A stretch of 52,253 bases of DNA from Candidatus Margulisiibacteriota bacterium. Its GTDB lineage: Bacteria; Margulisbacteria; WOR-1; O2-12-FULL-45-9; XYB2-FULL-48-7. The stretch spans positions 1-52,253 of the forward strand of contig JBAZMB010000001.1 of the NCBI GenBank assembly GCA_041649975.1, read 5' to 3'. Both the position numbers and the translations under genes were made by a program. Positions 15,906 to 27,943 of this stretch are shown in pieces (position 1 is the stretch's first letter; each line of letters begins with the position of its first letter). A model generated the notes under the pieces. The model made no database searches, was not told the origin of the DNA, and saw nothing but the letters and a program-made list of their open reading frames with translations.

Positions 15906-17868
15906 CTTGTCCGTCTGGCATCAACAAGGCCGCTAGCAAATAGTCGTAGAGCTGGCTTCGAACTTGCTCGGTTAGCCATTCTTTATGAAGCAGATCAAAG
16001 ACCTTCATTGTTTCCTTGTCAGAACGAAATTCCGCTACGATCCGCCGCTCGATTATCGGCCGAACTAGAATTGTCGGATAATAATCGAGATCAAGATCGG
16101 CAAGATTTTCGATCTTTCTTGCCGCTAATAAGTCGGCTGACGGCAAATTATCGTTGATCTCATAATCGGTCAGTTTGTTCCCTAAAACTAAGTTTGCCCC
16201 TTGGGCCAAAAGCCGGTCGTAAGCTATTCCGCCGGCAATTTCTTCCGCTTCGCTTGAATCCTTAGACAATCGTCCTGATTTGATCTCGCTCAAAAGATAC
16301 GTCCGCAAAAAAGCGGCATCGGTCAAATAAGCTTGGCGTTCGTTTGGGGTCGATCGCCAATACTGCTCCGAAGTCGAATCGCGCCATTTAATATGGGCCG
16401 CCTCATGGACCAAAATTTGCGCGATCTCCCAGGCTGAACGGATCTTCTGGTTTTGATCAGTGATATCAATCCTGATAACTCTGGCCGGCCAAAGGGCATC
16501 TCCTCCACGGCTATCAGCCGCTCCTTCGTGGTTATTAATATCGGTTTTAAATATAATTTCGTTGGGGTTTTCATTAACCAAGTCCCAATAACCTGTTCGC
16601 ATCAGTATTTCTTTAACTTCCTTTGGCAATCCGGCCGGACTAACCGTAACCCGCTGGATTCTCGCTAGTTCCGCCATGTCAGCTACTTCCCCTTCAACCC
16701 GCAAAGGAACACCCAAGCGCTCACTAAAACCTTTCAGACTAAGCTCAATCATTCTGGGGGGAATCTTGTATTTTTCGGCCAATTCGTATAGTTGGGCGTA
16801 AGCCAAAGCGTAATCATCCCTTTTCTGGGAACTTAAGGGGGCTAATAAATATTCCGTTTGGAGATGTTGGATCAAATCCAGATATAAATCACGCAAATAT
16901 TGATTTTCACCAGCCAGGGGTTGAAAAGAATCGGTAATTACTCCTTCGATCGCTTCACGGATCTCTATCGGAAGGGTTGGCATCGCCTTATTCAACTCTT
17001 TACTAAATGGTTTTGGCAATTCTTGGCGAGCCTCGCTAAACAACTGAAGCGAAATCAACCAGCGAAAAAGTTCAACCTTATCTTTTGAGCCAGGAGGTTC
17101 ATTGTTAAATATATTTGTATATTCTTCAACTAACCGTCCAAACTCCGCCACTGGTGTTTTTCTAATTTTTTCATCAAAGAAAGAAGCCAGATGATCTGGC
17201 ATTGCCTCGCGAACGATCTCCGCGTTAAGCGCCGGCGTTAAACCGGGCAACAATCGATACATGGTTAAAAAACCATCGCGAGAAAACAAACTCTCCGCCG
17301 TTTGCCAGCCATTATAGGAAGCAACGGCGGCCGTCCAGCGCTGGCCGTAGCTTAAACTCATTCCTCGCAGTAAAGCGCGGCGTTCACTCTCCCCTCCAAT
17401 CGCGAACCGGTAGAGGAGTATTTTCTCGTTTTCTGGCAACCGCTGTTTATCAAAGGCTTGTAAAAAAAAGGTCAGCTCGGTCTGGATGTTGCAACGGTTA
17501 AGCTGTAAAGCAAAGTCGCGCCAGCGACTGGGATTCGTCTCGTAAAATCTTTTTGCCAGGCTATCGATTTGCTCGCCCGCTTCTTCAAACCGATCAAGAA
17601 GCGTCAGCTCTGCTTCGTTTAATTGGCCGCGATCGCTGATCTTCATTTTTTTGATCGTTTCGGGGTTCTTTGCTAATTCAGCGGTAGCCAAAGCGTATTC
17701 CTGAAACGCGGCTCGCCATTCATTGTCTAGCGCAATAACTTGAGCGGGAGGCGCAACAAGAGGAGAAAAGGGATCTTCCGGTCCTCTTCCTAAGGGAACC
17801 CAGCCGCGCACCGCGGTCGGCCTAAAAAGGTTATTCCAGCCGGATTGAGAACTATTTAATGGGTCCAC
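15877..17868 (-). CDS. Hypothetical 663-aa protein with an HExxH zinc-metallopeptidase-like motif
   Basis: A single HExxH sits in AQILVHEAAHIKW, with a possible downstream Glu ligand in TPNERQAY. The rest looks mostly helical and there is no signal peptide. The gene starts 9 nt after pyrG. Its 3' end overlaps the larC 3' end by 29 nt (convergent). It is AT-richer than pyrG. Confidence 0.55.
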   Translation of the reverse strand: MDPLNSSQSGWNNLFRPTAVRGWVPLGRGPEDPFSPLVAPPAQVIALDNEWRAAFQEYALATAELAKNPETIKKMKISDRGQLNEAELTLLDRFEEAGEQIDSLAKRFYETNPSRWRDFALQLNRCNIQTELTFFLQAFDKQRLPENEKILLYRFAIGGESERRALLRGMSLSYGQRWTAAVASYNGWQTAESLFSRDGFLTMYRLLPGLTPALNAEIVREAMPDHLASFFDEKIRKTPVAEFGRLVEEYTNIFNNEPPGSKDKVELFRWLISLQLFSEARQELPKPFSKELNKAMPTLPIEIREAIEGVITDSFQPLAGENQYLRDLYLDLIQHLQTEYLLAPLSSQKRDDYALAYAQLYELAEKYKIPPRMIELSLKGFSERLGVPLRVEGEVADMAELARIQRVTVSPAGLPKEVKEILMRTGYWDLVNENPNEIIFKTDINNHEGAADSRGGDALWPARVIRIDITDQNQKIRSAWEIAQILVHEAAHIKWRDSTSEQYWRSTPNERQAYLTDAAFLRTYLLSEIKSGRLSKDSSEAEEIAGGIAYDRLLAQGANLVLGNKLTDYEINDNLPSADLLAARKIENLADLDLDYYPTILVRPIIERRIVAEFRSDKETMKVFDLLHKEWLTEQVRSQLYDYLLAALLMPDGQAILRQIQTN

Positions 17869-17877
17869 GAGTTCCCC

Positions 17878-19518
17878 TTACTGCTGTTTTTCCTTAAATA
17901 ACGCGACCTGTTCTTCCAGGCAACTGACCGCCGCCCGGACAAACCCGGCAAAGATCGGGTGCGGCCGGTTGGGGCGCGATTTGAATTCCGGATGGTACTG
18001 GGTCGCCAGGAAGAAGGGATGGGTCGGCAGTTCGATCACTTCCACCAGGTCGGCATCGGGATTGATCCCGGAATAGACCAACCCCGCGTCTTCCAGCGGT
18101 TGGCGATAGTCGTTGTTGAATTCATAGCGATGGCGGTGCCGCTCTTCCACTTCATCCTTGCCGTACATTTTCTGGAGCATCGTCCCCTTCTTGATCCGGC
18201 AGGTGTAAGCCCCCAGACGCATCGTCCCCCCCTTATCGATCAGTCCCCGCTGTTCAGGGATAAAATCGATCACCGGGAACTTGGTCTCGGGATCGAACTC
18301 CGAGGAATTGGCCCCTTTTAGCTTGCAAATATTACGGGCGAATTCGATCACCGCGCATTGCATCCCAAGGCAAAGCCCCAGGAATGGGATCCGGTTCTCT
18401 CTGGCGTAACGGATCGCTTTGATCTTTCCTTCCACCCCTCTGGCGCCAAACCCGCCGGGGATCAGGATCCCCTGGACGTCGCGCAGGACCGAATCGATAT
18501 CTTCTTCCTCTTCCAATTTCTCGGCGTTCAGCCATTTGATCTCGATCTTGGCCTGGTTGGCGATCCCACCGTGCTTAAGCGATTCCACGATGCTCAAATA
18601 AGAATCTTCCAGTTCGGTATATTTCCCGACGATCGCGATCCGCACGGTGTGGCGAAGCGAGTGCCATTCCTTGACGATCTTTTCCCATTCGGTCAGGTCA
18701 ACTTTTTTCGATTCCAGATCGAGGTACTTCACCACGATCTCGCCAAGATTTTCTTTTTCGATCGCCAGCGGCACGTCATAGATCGACGGCATATCGGGCA
18801 GGCCGATGACCGCTTCTTTATTGACGTCGCAGAACAGGGAGATCTTCTCTTTCATCTCCTGGCTGATCGGCTCCCGGGAGCGGCAGACAATGATATCCGG
18901 TTGGATGCCGATCTCGCGCAACTTCTGAACGCTGTGCTGGGTCGGTTTAGTTTTGAATTCGTGGGTGGTATCGAGGAACGGGATCAAGGTGACATGCAGG
19001 TTGACGCAGTTGTCGCGGCCGACTTCCTTGCGGAACTGGCGGATCGCTTCGAGGAACGGCAGGCCTTCGATATCGCCGACCGTGCCGCCGATCTCAACGA
19101 TCACCACGTCGAAGTGCTGGCTCTTGGTAACTTGCCTGATCCGGTCCTTGATCTCGTTGGTGATGTGAGGAACAACCTGGACGGTCCCGCCAAGGTAATC
19201 GCCGCGGCGCTCCCTGGTGATCACGTTCCAGTAGACCATGCCGGCGGTAACATTGTTGGGCTTTCCAAGATTGACGTCGATAAAACGTTCGTAGTGGCCG
19301 AGGTCCAGGTCGGTTTCGGCGCCGTCCTCGGTCACGAAGACCTCGCCGTGCTGGTAAGGGTTCATCGTCCCGGGATCGACGTTAATATAAGGATCAAGTT
19401 TTTGGATGGTGGCGGAGATACCGCGACTTTTCAGGATCCGGCCAAGAGACGCGGCCACGATCCCCTTTCCTAATGATGAAACGACCCCGCCGGTAATGAA
19501 TATATATTTAGTGTTCAT
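17878..19518 (-). CDS. pyrG: CTP synthase
   Basis: 546 aa. N-terminus [16 protein letters not shown] and a glutaminase domain with GLCLGMQ and HRHRYEFN. Confidence 0.96.
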   Translation of the reverse strand: MNTKYIFITGGVVSSLGKGIVAASLGRILKSRGISATIQKLDPYINVDPGTMNPYQHGEVFVTEDGAETDLDLGHYERFIDVNLGKPNNVTAGMVYWNVITRERRGDYLGGTVQVVPHITNEIKDRIRQVTKSQHFDVVIVEIGGTVGDIEGLPFLEAIRQFRKEVGRDNCVNLHVTLIPFLDTTHEFKTKPTQHSVQKLREIGIQPDIIVCRSREPISQEMKEKISLFCDVNKEAVIGLPDMPSIYDVPLAIEKENLGEIVVKYLDLESKKVDLTEWEKIVKEWHSLRHTVRIAIVGKYTELEDSYLSIVESLKHGGIANQAKIEIKWLNAEKLEEEEDIDSVLRDVQGILIPGGFGARGVEGKIKAIRYARENRIPFLGLCLGMQCAVIEFARNICKLKGANSSEFDPETKFPVIDFIPEQRGLIDKGGTMRLGAYTCRIKKGTMLQKMYGKDEVEERHRHRYEFNNDYRQPLEDAGLVYSGINPDADLVEVIELPTHPFFLATQYHPEFKSRPNRPHPIFAGFVRAAVSCLEEQVALFKEKQQ

Positions 19519-20789
19519 CCGCCTACCCCTTCTTCTTCTATTTTTTCGGGAAATTTCACGATCTTTACCCTGGTGATCCTCCGCCGCTGGACCCGCTCGA
19601 CGCTGATCAGCAGATTCTCGTAATGAACCACGTCACCGACCGAGGGGGCTTTCCCCAGCTGGCTGAAAACAAAACCGCCAACCGTGTCGTAGTCCCCTTT
19701 GGGGATATCGACTCCCAAACGATCGTTAAGATCGACGATCGACAGTTTGCCGTCGATGATCGCCGCCCCGTCCTCGACGTGTTCGTACCCTTTTTCTTCC
19801 CGCTCGAACTCATCGTGGATCTCACCGACGATCTCTTCGACCAGGTCTTCCATGGTCACGATCCCGGAGGTCATTCCGTACTCATCGGCAATGATCGCCA
19901 GGTGGGTCCGGGCCGCCTGCATCTCATGCAGCAGTTCGGACACCTTCTTTGATTCCGGAATAATAAACGGCGCATGAAGCATTTCCCGGATCGTCGCCCG
20001 GGTCTTTTTCAAAAGGTCCTTGGCGTAAACTACCCCGATCACGTTGTCCAAACTCCCTTCGTAGACCGGGATCCGGGAATGGCCGCTGTCGAGGATCAAT
20101 TTGGTCACCTCTTTGACCGTCTGGTTGACCTCGCAGGCGATCATGTCGGGCCGCGGGGTCATAACTTCTCTGGCGATCGTGTCGCCAAAAGCAAAGATCG
20201 AACTGATCATCGCCCGCTCTTCTTCTTCGATCAGGCCTTCCCGCTCCCCTTCCGCCAGTACCATTTCGATCTCTTCTTCGGTCAAAAAGCCGCCTTTACC
20301 GATCTTGCCGCCGCCAAAAAGATAGACCAGCGGCCGGCAGAAGATGTTGACCAGGAAAGCAATCGGCTGAAAAATATATTTTAGAAAATAAATTATCGGC
20401 GCGGCCAGCAAAGCGATCCGTTCCGCGTTATGGATCGCCACCGTTTTAGGCGTTATTTCGCCGAAGACCAAGAGAAAAAACGTCATTAAACCGGTCGCGA
20501 TCCCAACCGCAAAGCTAATGTTCCCAGCCCCGCTTTTTTCAGCCAAACTGATTGCCAGCGAAGTCGCGACAGCCGCCGCCGCCGTATTGACAAAATTGTT
20601 CCCGATCAAAATGGTAGAAAGAAAATCGCTCGGCTTCTCCTTCAACAGATTTAGCGCGATCGCCCCGCGCGCTTTTCTTTCCAACAAACCTTTAATTTTC
20701 AGCCGGGACAAGCTGGTAATGGCCGTTTCCGAAGCGGAAAAGAAGGCCGACATCATTAGCAGCAAGACCAGCACTAGAATTTCCAGCAT
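19515..20789 (-). CDS. CNNM/CorC-type hemolysin-family transporter (DUF21 + CBS pair + CorC_HlyC)
   Basis: 424 aa. It has an N-terminal 4-TM DUF21 region, a CBS region ([11 protein letters not shown]...HSRIPVY) and a C-terminal transporter-associated domain. It overlaps pyrG by 4 nt. Confidence 0.88.
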   Translation of the reverse strand: MLEILVLVLLLMMSAFFSASETAITSLSRLKIKGLLERKARGAIALNLLKEKPSDFLSTILIGNNFVNTAAAAVATSLAISLAEKSGAGNISFAVGIATGLMTFFLLVFGEITPKTVAIHNAERIALLAAPIIYFLKYIFQPIAFLVNIFCRPLVYLFGGGKIGKGGFLTEEEIEMVLAEGEREGLIEEEERAMISSIFAFGDTIAREVMTPRPDMIACEVNQTVKEVTKLILDSGHSRIPVYEGSLDNVIGVVYAKDLLKKTRATIREMLHAPFIIPESKKVSELLHEMQAARTHLAIIADEYGMTSGIVTMEDLVEEIVGEIHDEFEREEKGYEHVEDGAAIIDGKLSIVDLNDRLGVDIPKGDYDTVGGFVFSQLGKAPSVGDVVHYENLLISVERVQRRRITRVKIVKFPEKIEEEGVGG

Positions 20790-20799
20790 TTTTCTCCCC

Positions 20800-21156
20800 C
20801 TACAAATTTAGGATCTTCGGCAAAAATATTATCAGCCCAACGATCGCCGCCCCGCCGGACATCACCAGGACCGCCGCGGCCGACGAATTCTTGGCTAACG
20901 CCGCCAGCGGATGCGGTTCGGGCTTGAGCATGTTCACCACTTCTTCGAGCGCCGTGTTAATTAGCTCAAAAGCAAAGACCAACGCGATCATGGCAATAAT
21001 GAACAGCCACTCGGTCACGCTGACCCGGAGCGAAACCGCCGCCGTCAGCACGGCGAACGCCAGCACCGAGTGGATCCACATGTTGCGCTGCGATTGCAGA
21101 GCATAGCGGACCCCGTCCTGGGCATATTTAAAACTGCGAATAAACCGCTTCGGCAT
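20800..21156 (-). CDS. dgkA: Diacylglycerol kinase / undecaprenol kinase family
   Basis: 118 aa with three TM segments. FKYAQDGVRYALQSQRNMWIH and FELINTALEEVV match the DgkA family. Confidence 0.85.
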   Translation of the reverse strand: MPKRFIRSFKYAQDGVRYALQSQRNMWIHSVLAFAVLTAAVSLRVSVTEWLFIIAMIALVFAFELINTALEEVVNMLKPEPHPLAALAKNSSAAAVLVMSGGAAIVGLIIFLPKILNL

Positions 21157-21466
21157 CTCTCATCTTCTTTCCGTGGTCATAACCTATGACGTGCAGCACG
21201 CCATGGATGACCAAACGTTTAAACTCCTCTTCGTAAGCGACGCCGTACCGTTTGGCGTTCTTCCTGGTCGTCTCTTCGGAGATTATAACATCTCCCAGAA
21301 AACCGGTCTCATTCAACGTGAAAGACAGGACATCGGTCGGCTTGTCCTTTTTCCTGAACCGCTTATTTAAAGCATGGATCGTTTGGTCGTCGACCACGGA
21401 AACGTCGATCGTCCCGCTCCGTCCTTCCCGTTTAAGGATCTTTTTGACCAGGGCGGCGAACTTCAT
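21128..21466 (-). CDS. ybeY: rRNA maturation endoribonuclease YbeY
   Basis: PTDVLSF plus the zinc motif HGVLHVIGYDH. It is somewhat short at 112 aa. Its 3' end overlaps the dgkA start by 29 nt. Confidence 0.88.
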   Translation of the reverse strand: MKFAALVKKILKREGRSGTIDVSVVDDQTIHALNKRFRKKDKPTDVLSFTLNETGFLGDVIISEETTRKNAKRYGVAYEEEFKRLVIHGVLHVIGYDHGKKMRDAEAVYSQF

Positions 21467-22719
21467 TGATCCTTGATCTCCGCCCCCAGCCCGGTCAATT
21501 TCAGGGCAATCTTATCATAACCGCGCCGGATATGGTGGTCGCGGTCTTCAATGATCGTTTCCCCCTCGGCCGCTAAACCGGCAATGACCAAGGCGGCCCC
21601 AGCCCGCAGGTCGGAAACCCTGACTGGCGCGCCGGACAATTTCGGCACGCCGCTGATGATGGCGCTTTGCCCTTCCAGCCGAACATTCGCCCCCATCCTT
21701 TTTAATTCATTAATATGCATAAAGCGGTTCTCAAAGACCGTTTCCGTAATGACCGAAGTCCCTTTAGCCAGGGTCAGGAGGGACGCGAACTGCGGCTGCA
21801 TGTCGGTCGGAAAGCCAGGATAAGGCAGAGTTTTGATGTCGACAGCCTTGATCCCGTTGGGGGCCTGGACCAGGATCCCGTCGGGAGTAATATCGAGTTG
21901 CGCGCCCGCCTCTCTTAATTTAACGATCGTCGCTTCCATGTGCTCGGGAATGCTCCCTTTGACCAGAACCTTGCCGCCGGTGATCGCGCCGGCGACGAGC
22001 AGGGTCCCCGCTTCGATCCGGTCGGGAATGATCGAATAATCGACCGGCATCAAAGTGTTGACGCCGCTGACTTTAATGACCTCTTTCCCCGCCCCTTCGA
22101 TCTTGGCTCCCGCCCGGTTCAGGAAATTGGCCAAATCCTCGATCTCCGGTTCGCGGGCGGCGTTCTCAATGATCGAATCTCCTTCGGCCAGCGCCGCCGC
22201 CATCATCACCGTTTCGGTCGCTCCAACCGACGGGAAATCAAGATAAACCTTGCCGCCGCGCAATTTTTTGGTCTTGGCAATGACAAAGCCGTGTTCCAGC
22301 TGGACTTCCGCGCCAAGCGCGGTCAGCCCTTTAATGTGAATATCGACCGGCCGCGAACCGATGGCGCAGCCGCCGGGAAGCGGGATCTTGGCCAGGCCTT
22401 TGACCGCCAGGATCGGACCGATCACAAAGAACGAAGCCCGCATCTTGGTCACCAGCTCATAAGGAGCAACATGGCGGACCTGGAAATTCCAGACGTTCAC
22501 GGTATTCGGATTGGATTGGGAATATTCGGCCCGCAGGCCCAGCGCCCGCAAAACGCGAACGATAGTGGTAACGTCGGAAAGATTAGGGATATTGCGGATC
22601 ACCGATCGGCCGGGAAGCATGATCGTCGCCGCCAGGATCGGCAAAGCGGCGTTCTTGGAACCGGAAACGGTTACTTCCCCTTCCAGCGGACGTCCGCCGC
22701 GAATAATCAGCTTATGCAT
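21463..22719 (-). CDS. murA: UDP-N-acetylglucosamine 1-carboxyvinyltransferase
   Basis: I place the start at the ATG at 22719 (MHKLIIRGGRPLEGEVTVSGSKNAALPILAA), preceded by GGAGGAA. The active-site region is GGCAIGSRPVD. The 42-codon N-terminal extension in the ORF track overlaps wecB and is not MurA-like. Confidence 0.93.
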   Translation of the reverse strand: MHKLIIRGGRPLEGEVTVSGSKNAALPILAATIMLPGRSVIRNIPNLSDVTTIVRVLRALGLRAEYSQSNPNTVNVWNFQVRHVAPYELVTKMRASFFVIGPILAVKGLAKIPLPGGCAIGSRPVDIHIKGLTALGAEVQLEHGFVIAKTKKLRGGKVYLDFPSVGATETVMMAAALAEGDSIIENAAREPEIEDLANFLNRAGAKIEGAGKEVIKVSGVNTLMPVDYSIIPDRIEAGTLLVAGAITGGKVLVKGSIPEHMEATIVKLREAGAQLDITPDGILVQAPNGIKAVDIKTLPYPGFPTDMQPQFASLLTLAKGTSVITETVFENRFMHINELKRMGANVRLEGQSAIISGVPKLSGAPVRVSDLRAGAALVIAGLAAEGETIIEDRDHHIRRGYDKIALKLTGLGAEIKDQ

Positions 22720-23866
22720 TGAATTCCTCCGGTCCATTATCGGCCATGCCGAAGTAATGCAGGATCGAATAAATGATCCGTGACGAGGCGCGGCCATCGC
22801 CGTATGGATTAGTCGCTTGCGACATTTTCGCGTATTCCGCCTCATCTCCCAGCAATTTACTCGCTTCCGTGACGATCAGGTCGGTATCGGAGCCGACCAG
22901 TTTGACCGTCCCGGCCTCGATCGCTTCCGGCCGTTCGGTCTTGTCGCGCAGGACCAGGACCGGCTTGCCAAGCGATGGGGCTTCTTCCTGGATCCCGCCG
23001 GAATCGGTCAGGACCAGGTAACTCGCCTTGAGCAGATGGATGAACGGCTCGTAATCAAGAGGCTCGGTCAATAACACGTTCGGCACGTTCCCCAGGACCT
23101 CGTTGACCACGGTGGAAACGGTCGGGTTTTTGTGGACCGGCAGGACGATCTCCACTTGTTCATGAAAACGTTCGGCAATGGTTTTGATCGCCAAACAGAT
23201 CCCGCGCAGTGGCGCCCCCCAGTTTTCCCGGCGGTGGGTAGTGACCAGAACGATCTTTTTCCCCGGCGTCAACCGGATACCGGTCGAGCTAAGATCAAAT
23301 TTCCGCTTGGCAACTTCCAGCAAAGCATCGATCACCGTGTTCCCGGTCAAAGAGATCTCTTCCCGGGGAACCAGTTCCCGAAGTAGGTTGTCCATCGCGC
23401 TTTTAGTCGGCGGGAAGTGGAGATCGGCCAGGGAGGTCAGGAGCTTCCGGTTGATCTCTTCCGGATAAGGCTGCCACTTATCAAAAGTCCGCAAGCCGGC
23501 TTCAATATGCCCCAATGGCACTTTGTAATAATAAGCCGATAAACCGGCGGCAAACGCGGTTGAGGTATCCCCTTGGACCAGGATAAGGTCCGGCCGCTCG
23601 TTGAGGATGATCTCCTCGATCCCCTTCAGGGTTTTGGTCACGATACTGGTGAGGGTTTGGTTGGCTTCCATAATGCCAAGATCGTAATCGGGATCGATCT
23701 CAAACAGGCGCAAGACCTGGTCGAGCATCTGGCGGTGCTGGCCGGTCACGACGACCAGGATTTCCAGGAACTCCTGGTATTTGCCGCACTCCTTTATTAC
23801 CGGCGCCATCTTAATGGCTTCCGGCCTGGTCCCGAAGACGAACATTACTTTTTTTCGGTTTGGCAT
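22712..23866 (-). CDS. wecB: UDP-N-acetylglucosamine 2-epimerase (non-hydrolysing)
   Basis: 384 aa. VMFVFGTRPEAIKMAPV, HIEAGLRT and TDSGGIQEEAPSLGKPVLVLR are typical WecB/MnaA motifs. Confidence 0.93.
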   Translation of the reverse strand: MPNRKKVMFVFGTRPEAIKMAPVIKECGKYQEFLEILVVVTGQHRQMLDQVLRLFEIDPDYDLGIMEANQTLTSIVTKTLKGIEEIILNERPDLILVQGDTSTAFAAGLSAYYYKVPLGHIEAGLRTFDKWQPYPEEINRKLLTSLADLHFPPTKSAMDNLLRELVPREEISLTGNTVIDALLEVAKRKFDLSSTGIRLTPGKKIVLVTTHRRENWGAPLRGICLAIKTIAERFHEQVEIVLPVHKNPTVSTVVNEVLGNVPNVLLTEPLDYEPFIHLLKASYLVLTDSGGIQEEAPSLGKPVLVLRDKTERPEAIEAGTVKLVGSDTDLIVTEASKLLGDEAEYAKMSQATNPYGDGRASSRIIYSILHYFGMADNGPEEFNA

Positions 23867-23867
23867 G

Positions 23868-24821
23868 TTATCTCTGTAACGACATGATCAGAGCGGTAGC
23901 GCTCAATAAAAAGCAAACGATGTAAATCGACATGACCGCTTCGCGCTGGGTCAGTCCGGCCCGGATCAGGATGTGATGGATATGTTTATTGTCCGCGGCA
24001 AAAGGGCTCTTCTTTTCTTTTAGCCGGCGGAGAATAGCAAAGGTCGTGTCAAAGATCGGGACCCCGAGGATCAGGAGCGGCACGATCAGCGCGACGACCA
24101 GGGTGGTCTTGAAAACCCCGATGATCGAAGCGGCCGCGACGATAAAACCAAGAAAATAACTCCCCGAATCTCCGAGAAAGATCGAAGCGGGGAAAAAGTT
24201 GTATTTCAAAAAGCCGATAGCCGCGCCGGCGATAGCCACGATAAAAAGGGCCGCTTCCAGCTGGTGAGTCCGCAAGGCGACGAAGAACAGCGTCCCGGCC
24301 GAAATAGCGATCACCCCGGTCGCCAAGCCGTCCAAGCCGTCGATCAGGTTGATCGCGTTGGTCATGCCGACCAACCAGAGAATGGTCAGCGGGATCGCGA
24401 TAAGACCGAGCGGGATGATCCCGTTAAAAGGATTGGAAAAGAAGGAGATCTCGACCCCGAAATAGATCGCGACCACCGCCCCGATCGTCTGCCAGATCAG
24501 CTTGGTCATTGGGCGGGAACCCACCAGGTCGTCTTTTAAGCCGGAGAGAAAAACGATCGTTCCGCCGGCCAAAAGACCGATGATCGGCCGGGGATTAAGA
24601 TGCACGCCGGTAAAATAAGCCGTGATCAAACCAAAGAGTATCGCGACCAGGAAACCGGCATAGATCGCGACCCCACCGATACGCGGAATATCTTCAGTAT
24701 GGATCTTGCGGGCATTGGGGTGGTCGACTGCTCCTATTTTTAAGGCGATCTTTCGGACTATGGGGGTACAAATTATGGTTATTATTAGAGCTATCAGGAA
24801 GCTCGGTAGAAATATATGCAT
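23868..24821 (-). CDS. wecA: Polyprenyl-phosphate N-acetylhexosamine-1-phosphate transferase (MraY/WecA/TagO family, GT4)
   Basis: 317 aa with ~10 TM segments. NAINLIDGLDGLA is the family motif. Confidence 0.85.
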   Translation of the reverse strand: MHIFLPSFLIALIITIICTPIVRKIALKIGAVDHPNARKIHTEDIPRIGGVAIYAGFLVAILFGLITAYFTGVHLNPRPIIGLLAGGTIVFLSGLKDDLVGSRPMTKLIWQTIGAVVAIYFGVEISFFSNPFNGIIPLGLIAIPLTILWLVGMTNAINLIDGLDGLATGVIAISAGTLFFVALRTHQLEAALFIVAIAGAAIGFLKYNFFPASIFLGDSGSYFLGFIVAAASIIGVFKTTLVVALIVPLLILGVPIFDTTFAILRRLKEKKSPFAADNKHIHHILIRAGLTQREAVMSIYIVCFLLSATALIMSLQR

Positions 24822-24832
24822 TCTGGAAGTAC

Positions 24833-24861
24833 ATTATATCTTAAGCGGAACAATGACACAA
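24833..24861 (-). promoter_or_regulatory. Promoter TTGTGT - 17 nt - TATAAT, with the -10 ending 11 nt before the wecA ATG
   Basis: The reverse complement of 24822-24861 reads TTGTGTCATTGTTCCGCTTAAGATATAATGTACTTCCAGA, followed by ATG. Confidence 0.4.
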
Positions 24862-24874
24862 GGTGAACGCAATA

Positions 24875-24883
24875 TGTTACAAT
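24875..24883 (+). promoter_or_regulatory. Extended -10 box TGtTACAAT, 9 nt upstream of the ATG at 24893 (V-ATPase operon promoter)
   Basis: Read directly. An ATGACA -35-like hexamer lies 19 nt upstream. Confidence 0.45.
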
Positions 24884-24892
24884 TCACCCATC

Positions 24893-25179
24893 ATGCCCCA
24901 AGCCCTGTTTGAACAATTGACTTCGATCGAAACGCAAGCGGCGGAGATCGTCGCGGCGGCCGAAAAAGCCAAAATCCTCGCTATTATCCACGCGCAAAAG
25001 CAGGCCGAACAACTCCTCCTCTTAACCGAAGCCTCGGCCAAAAAAGAAGCGGCCGCCCTGATCGAAAACGCGAAAGAAGCCGGCCGGACGGAAAAAACGG
25101 CGATCGAAGCCGAGAACCGCCGCCAGATCGAGCAATTAAACAAGCTCACCAGCGCTAAAATTGAGGCGGCCAGGAACCT

Positions 25180-25189
<10 letters not shown>
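24893..25189 (+). CDS. V/A-type ATPase peripheral-stalk subunit, G-like (Thermus AtpG / E. hirae NtpF position)
   Basis: ~98 aa, Ala/Glu/Lys-rich and fully helical (EIVAAAEKAKILAIIHAQKQAEQLL...). It is the first gene of an operon whose order matches Thermus atpGILECFABD. I start it at the ATG at 24893 rather than the GTG at 24863 in the ORF track. Confidence 0.65.
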
Positions 25190-27622
<2,433 letters not shown>

Positions 27623-27943
27623 ATGGGATTGAAAGAGATCGAAGAAAAGATCATCGCTGAAGCCAGGGCCAAAGCCCTGGCGATCAGAGAGGATGGAACA
27701 AAGGAAAGCGAGAAGATCGGCGCCGGCGCGGCCGCCCAAGCCGAATCGCTCCGCCAAGCTATCCTGGCGAAAGCCCGTCTCAATGGTGAAGAAGAGCGCA
27801 AAGCGATCGTCGTGCCGGCCAGGCTCCTGGCCAAGCAAAGATTGCTGGAAGAAAAACACCGGCTGATCGGCCAGGTTTTCGAGGGTTTAAGCGACTTCCG
27901 AGAAGCCAAAGAGGGCGAGGTTATTAAATTTCTCTATGGTTAA
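27623..27943 (+). CDS. ntpE: V/A-type ATPase subunit E, unusually short (N-terminal helix only)
   Basis: 106 aa. IEEKIIAEARAKALAIREDG... is a typical subunit E N-terminal helix and the operon position is correct. It stops where the C-terminal globular domain normally begins. Confidence 0.7.
   Translation: MGLKEIEEKIIAEARAKALAIREDGTKESEKIGAGAAAQAESLRQAILAKARLNGEEERKAIVVPARLLAKQRLLEEKHRLIGQVFEGLSDFREAKEGEVIKFLYG

Noticed and set aside
18358-19473. 371-aa plus-strand ORF
   Set aside because: It is entirely antisense to the strongly conserved pyrG. The translation is low-complexity (D/R/G/L/F-rich) with no start context. This is a typical stop-poor antisense frame of a GC-biased gene.
22720-22845. 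N-terminal extensions proposed by the ORF track for murA (also purM to 40914, purD to 51767, hss to 49824, and the V-ATPase first gene from 24863)
   Set aside because: The extensions are basic or non-conserved, overlap the upstream genes, and skip better starts that have an SD or a -10 box and begin exactly at the conserved family N-termini.
24984-24992. DnaA-box-like TTATCCACG
   Set aside because: It is a single occurrence inside a coding region, with no cluster or AT-rich unwinding element nearby. It is not an origin.
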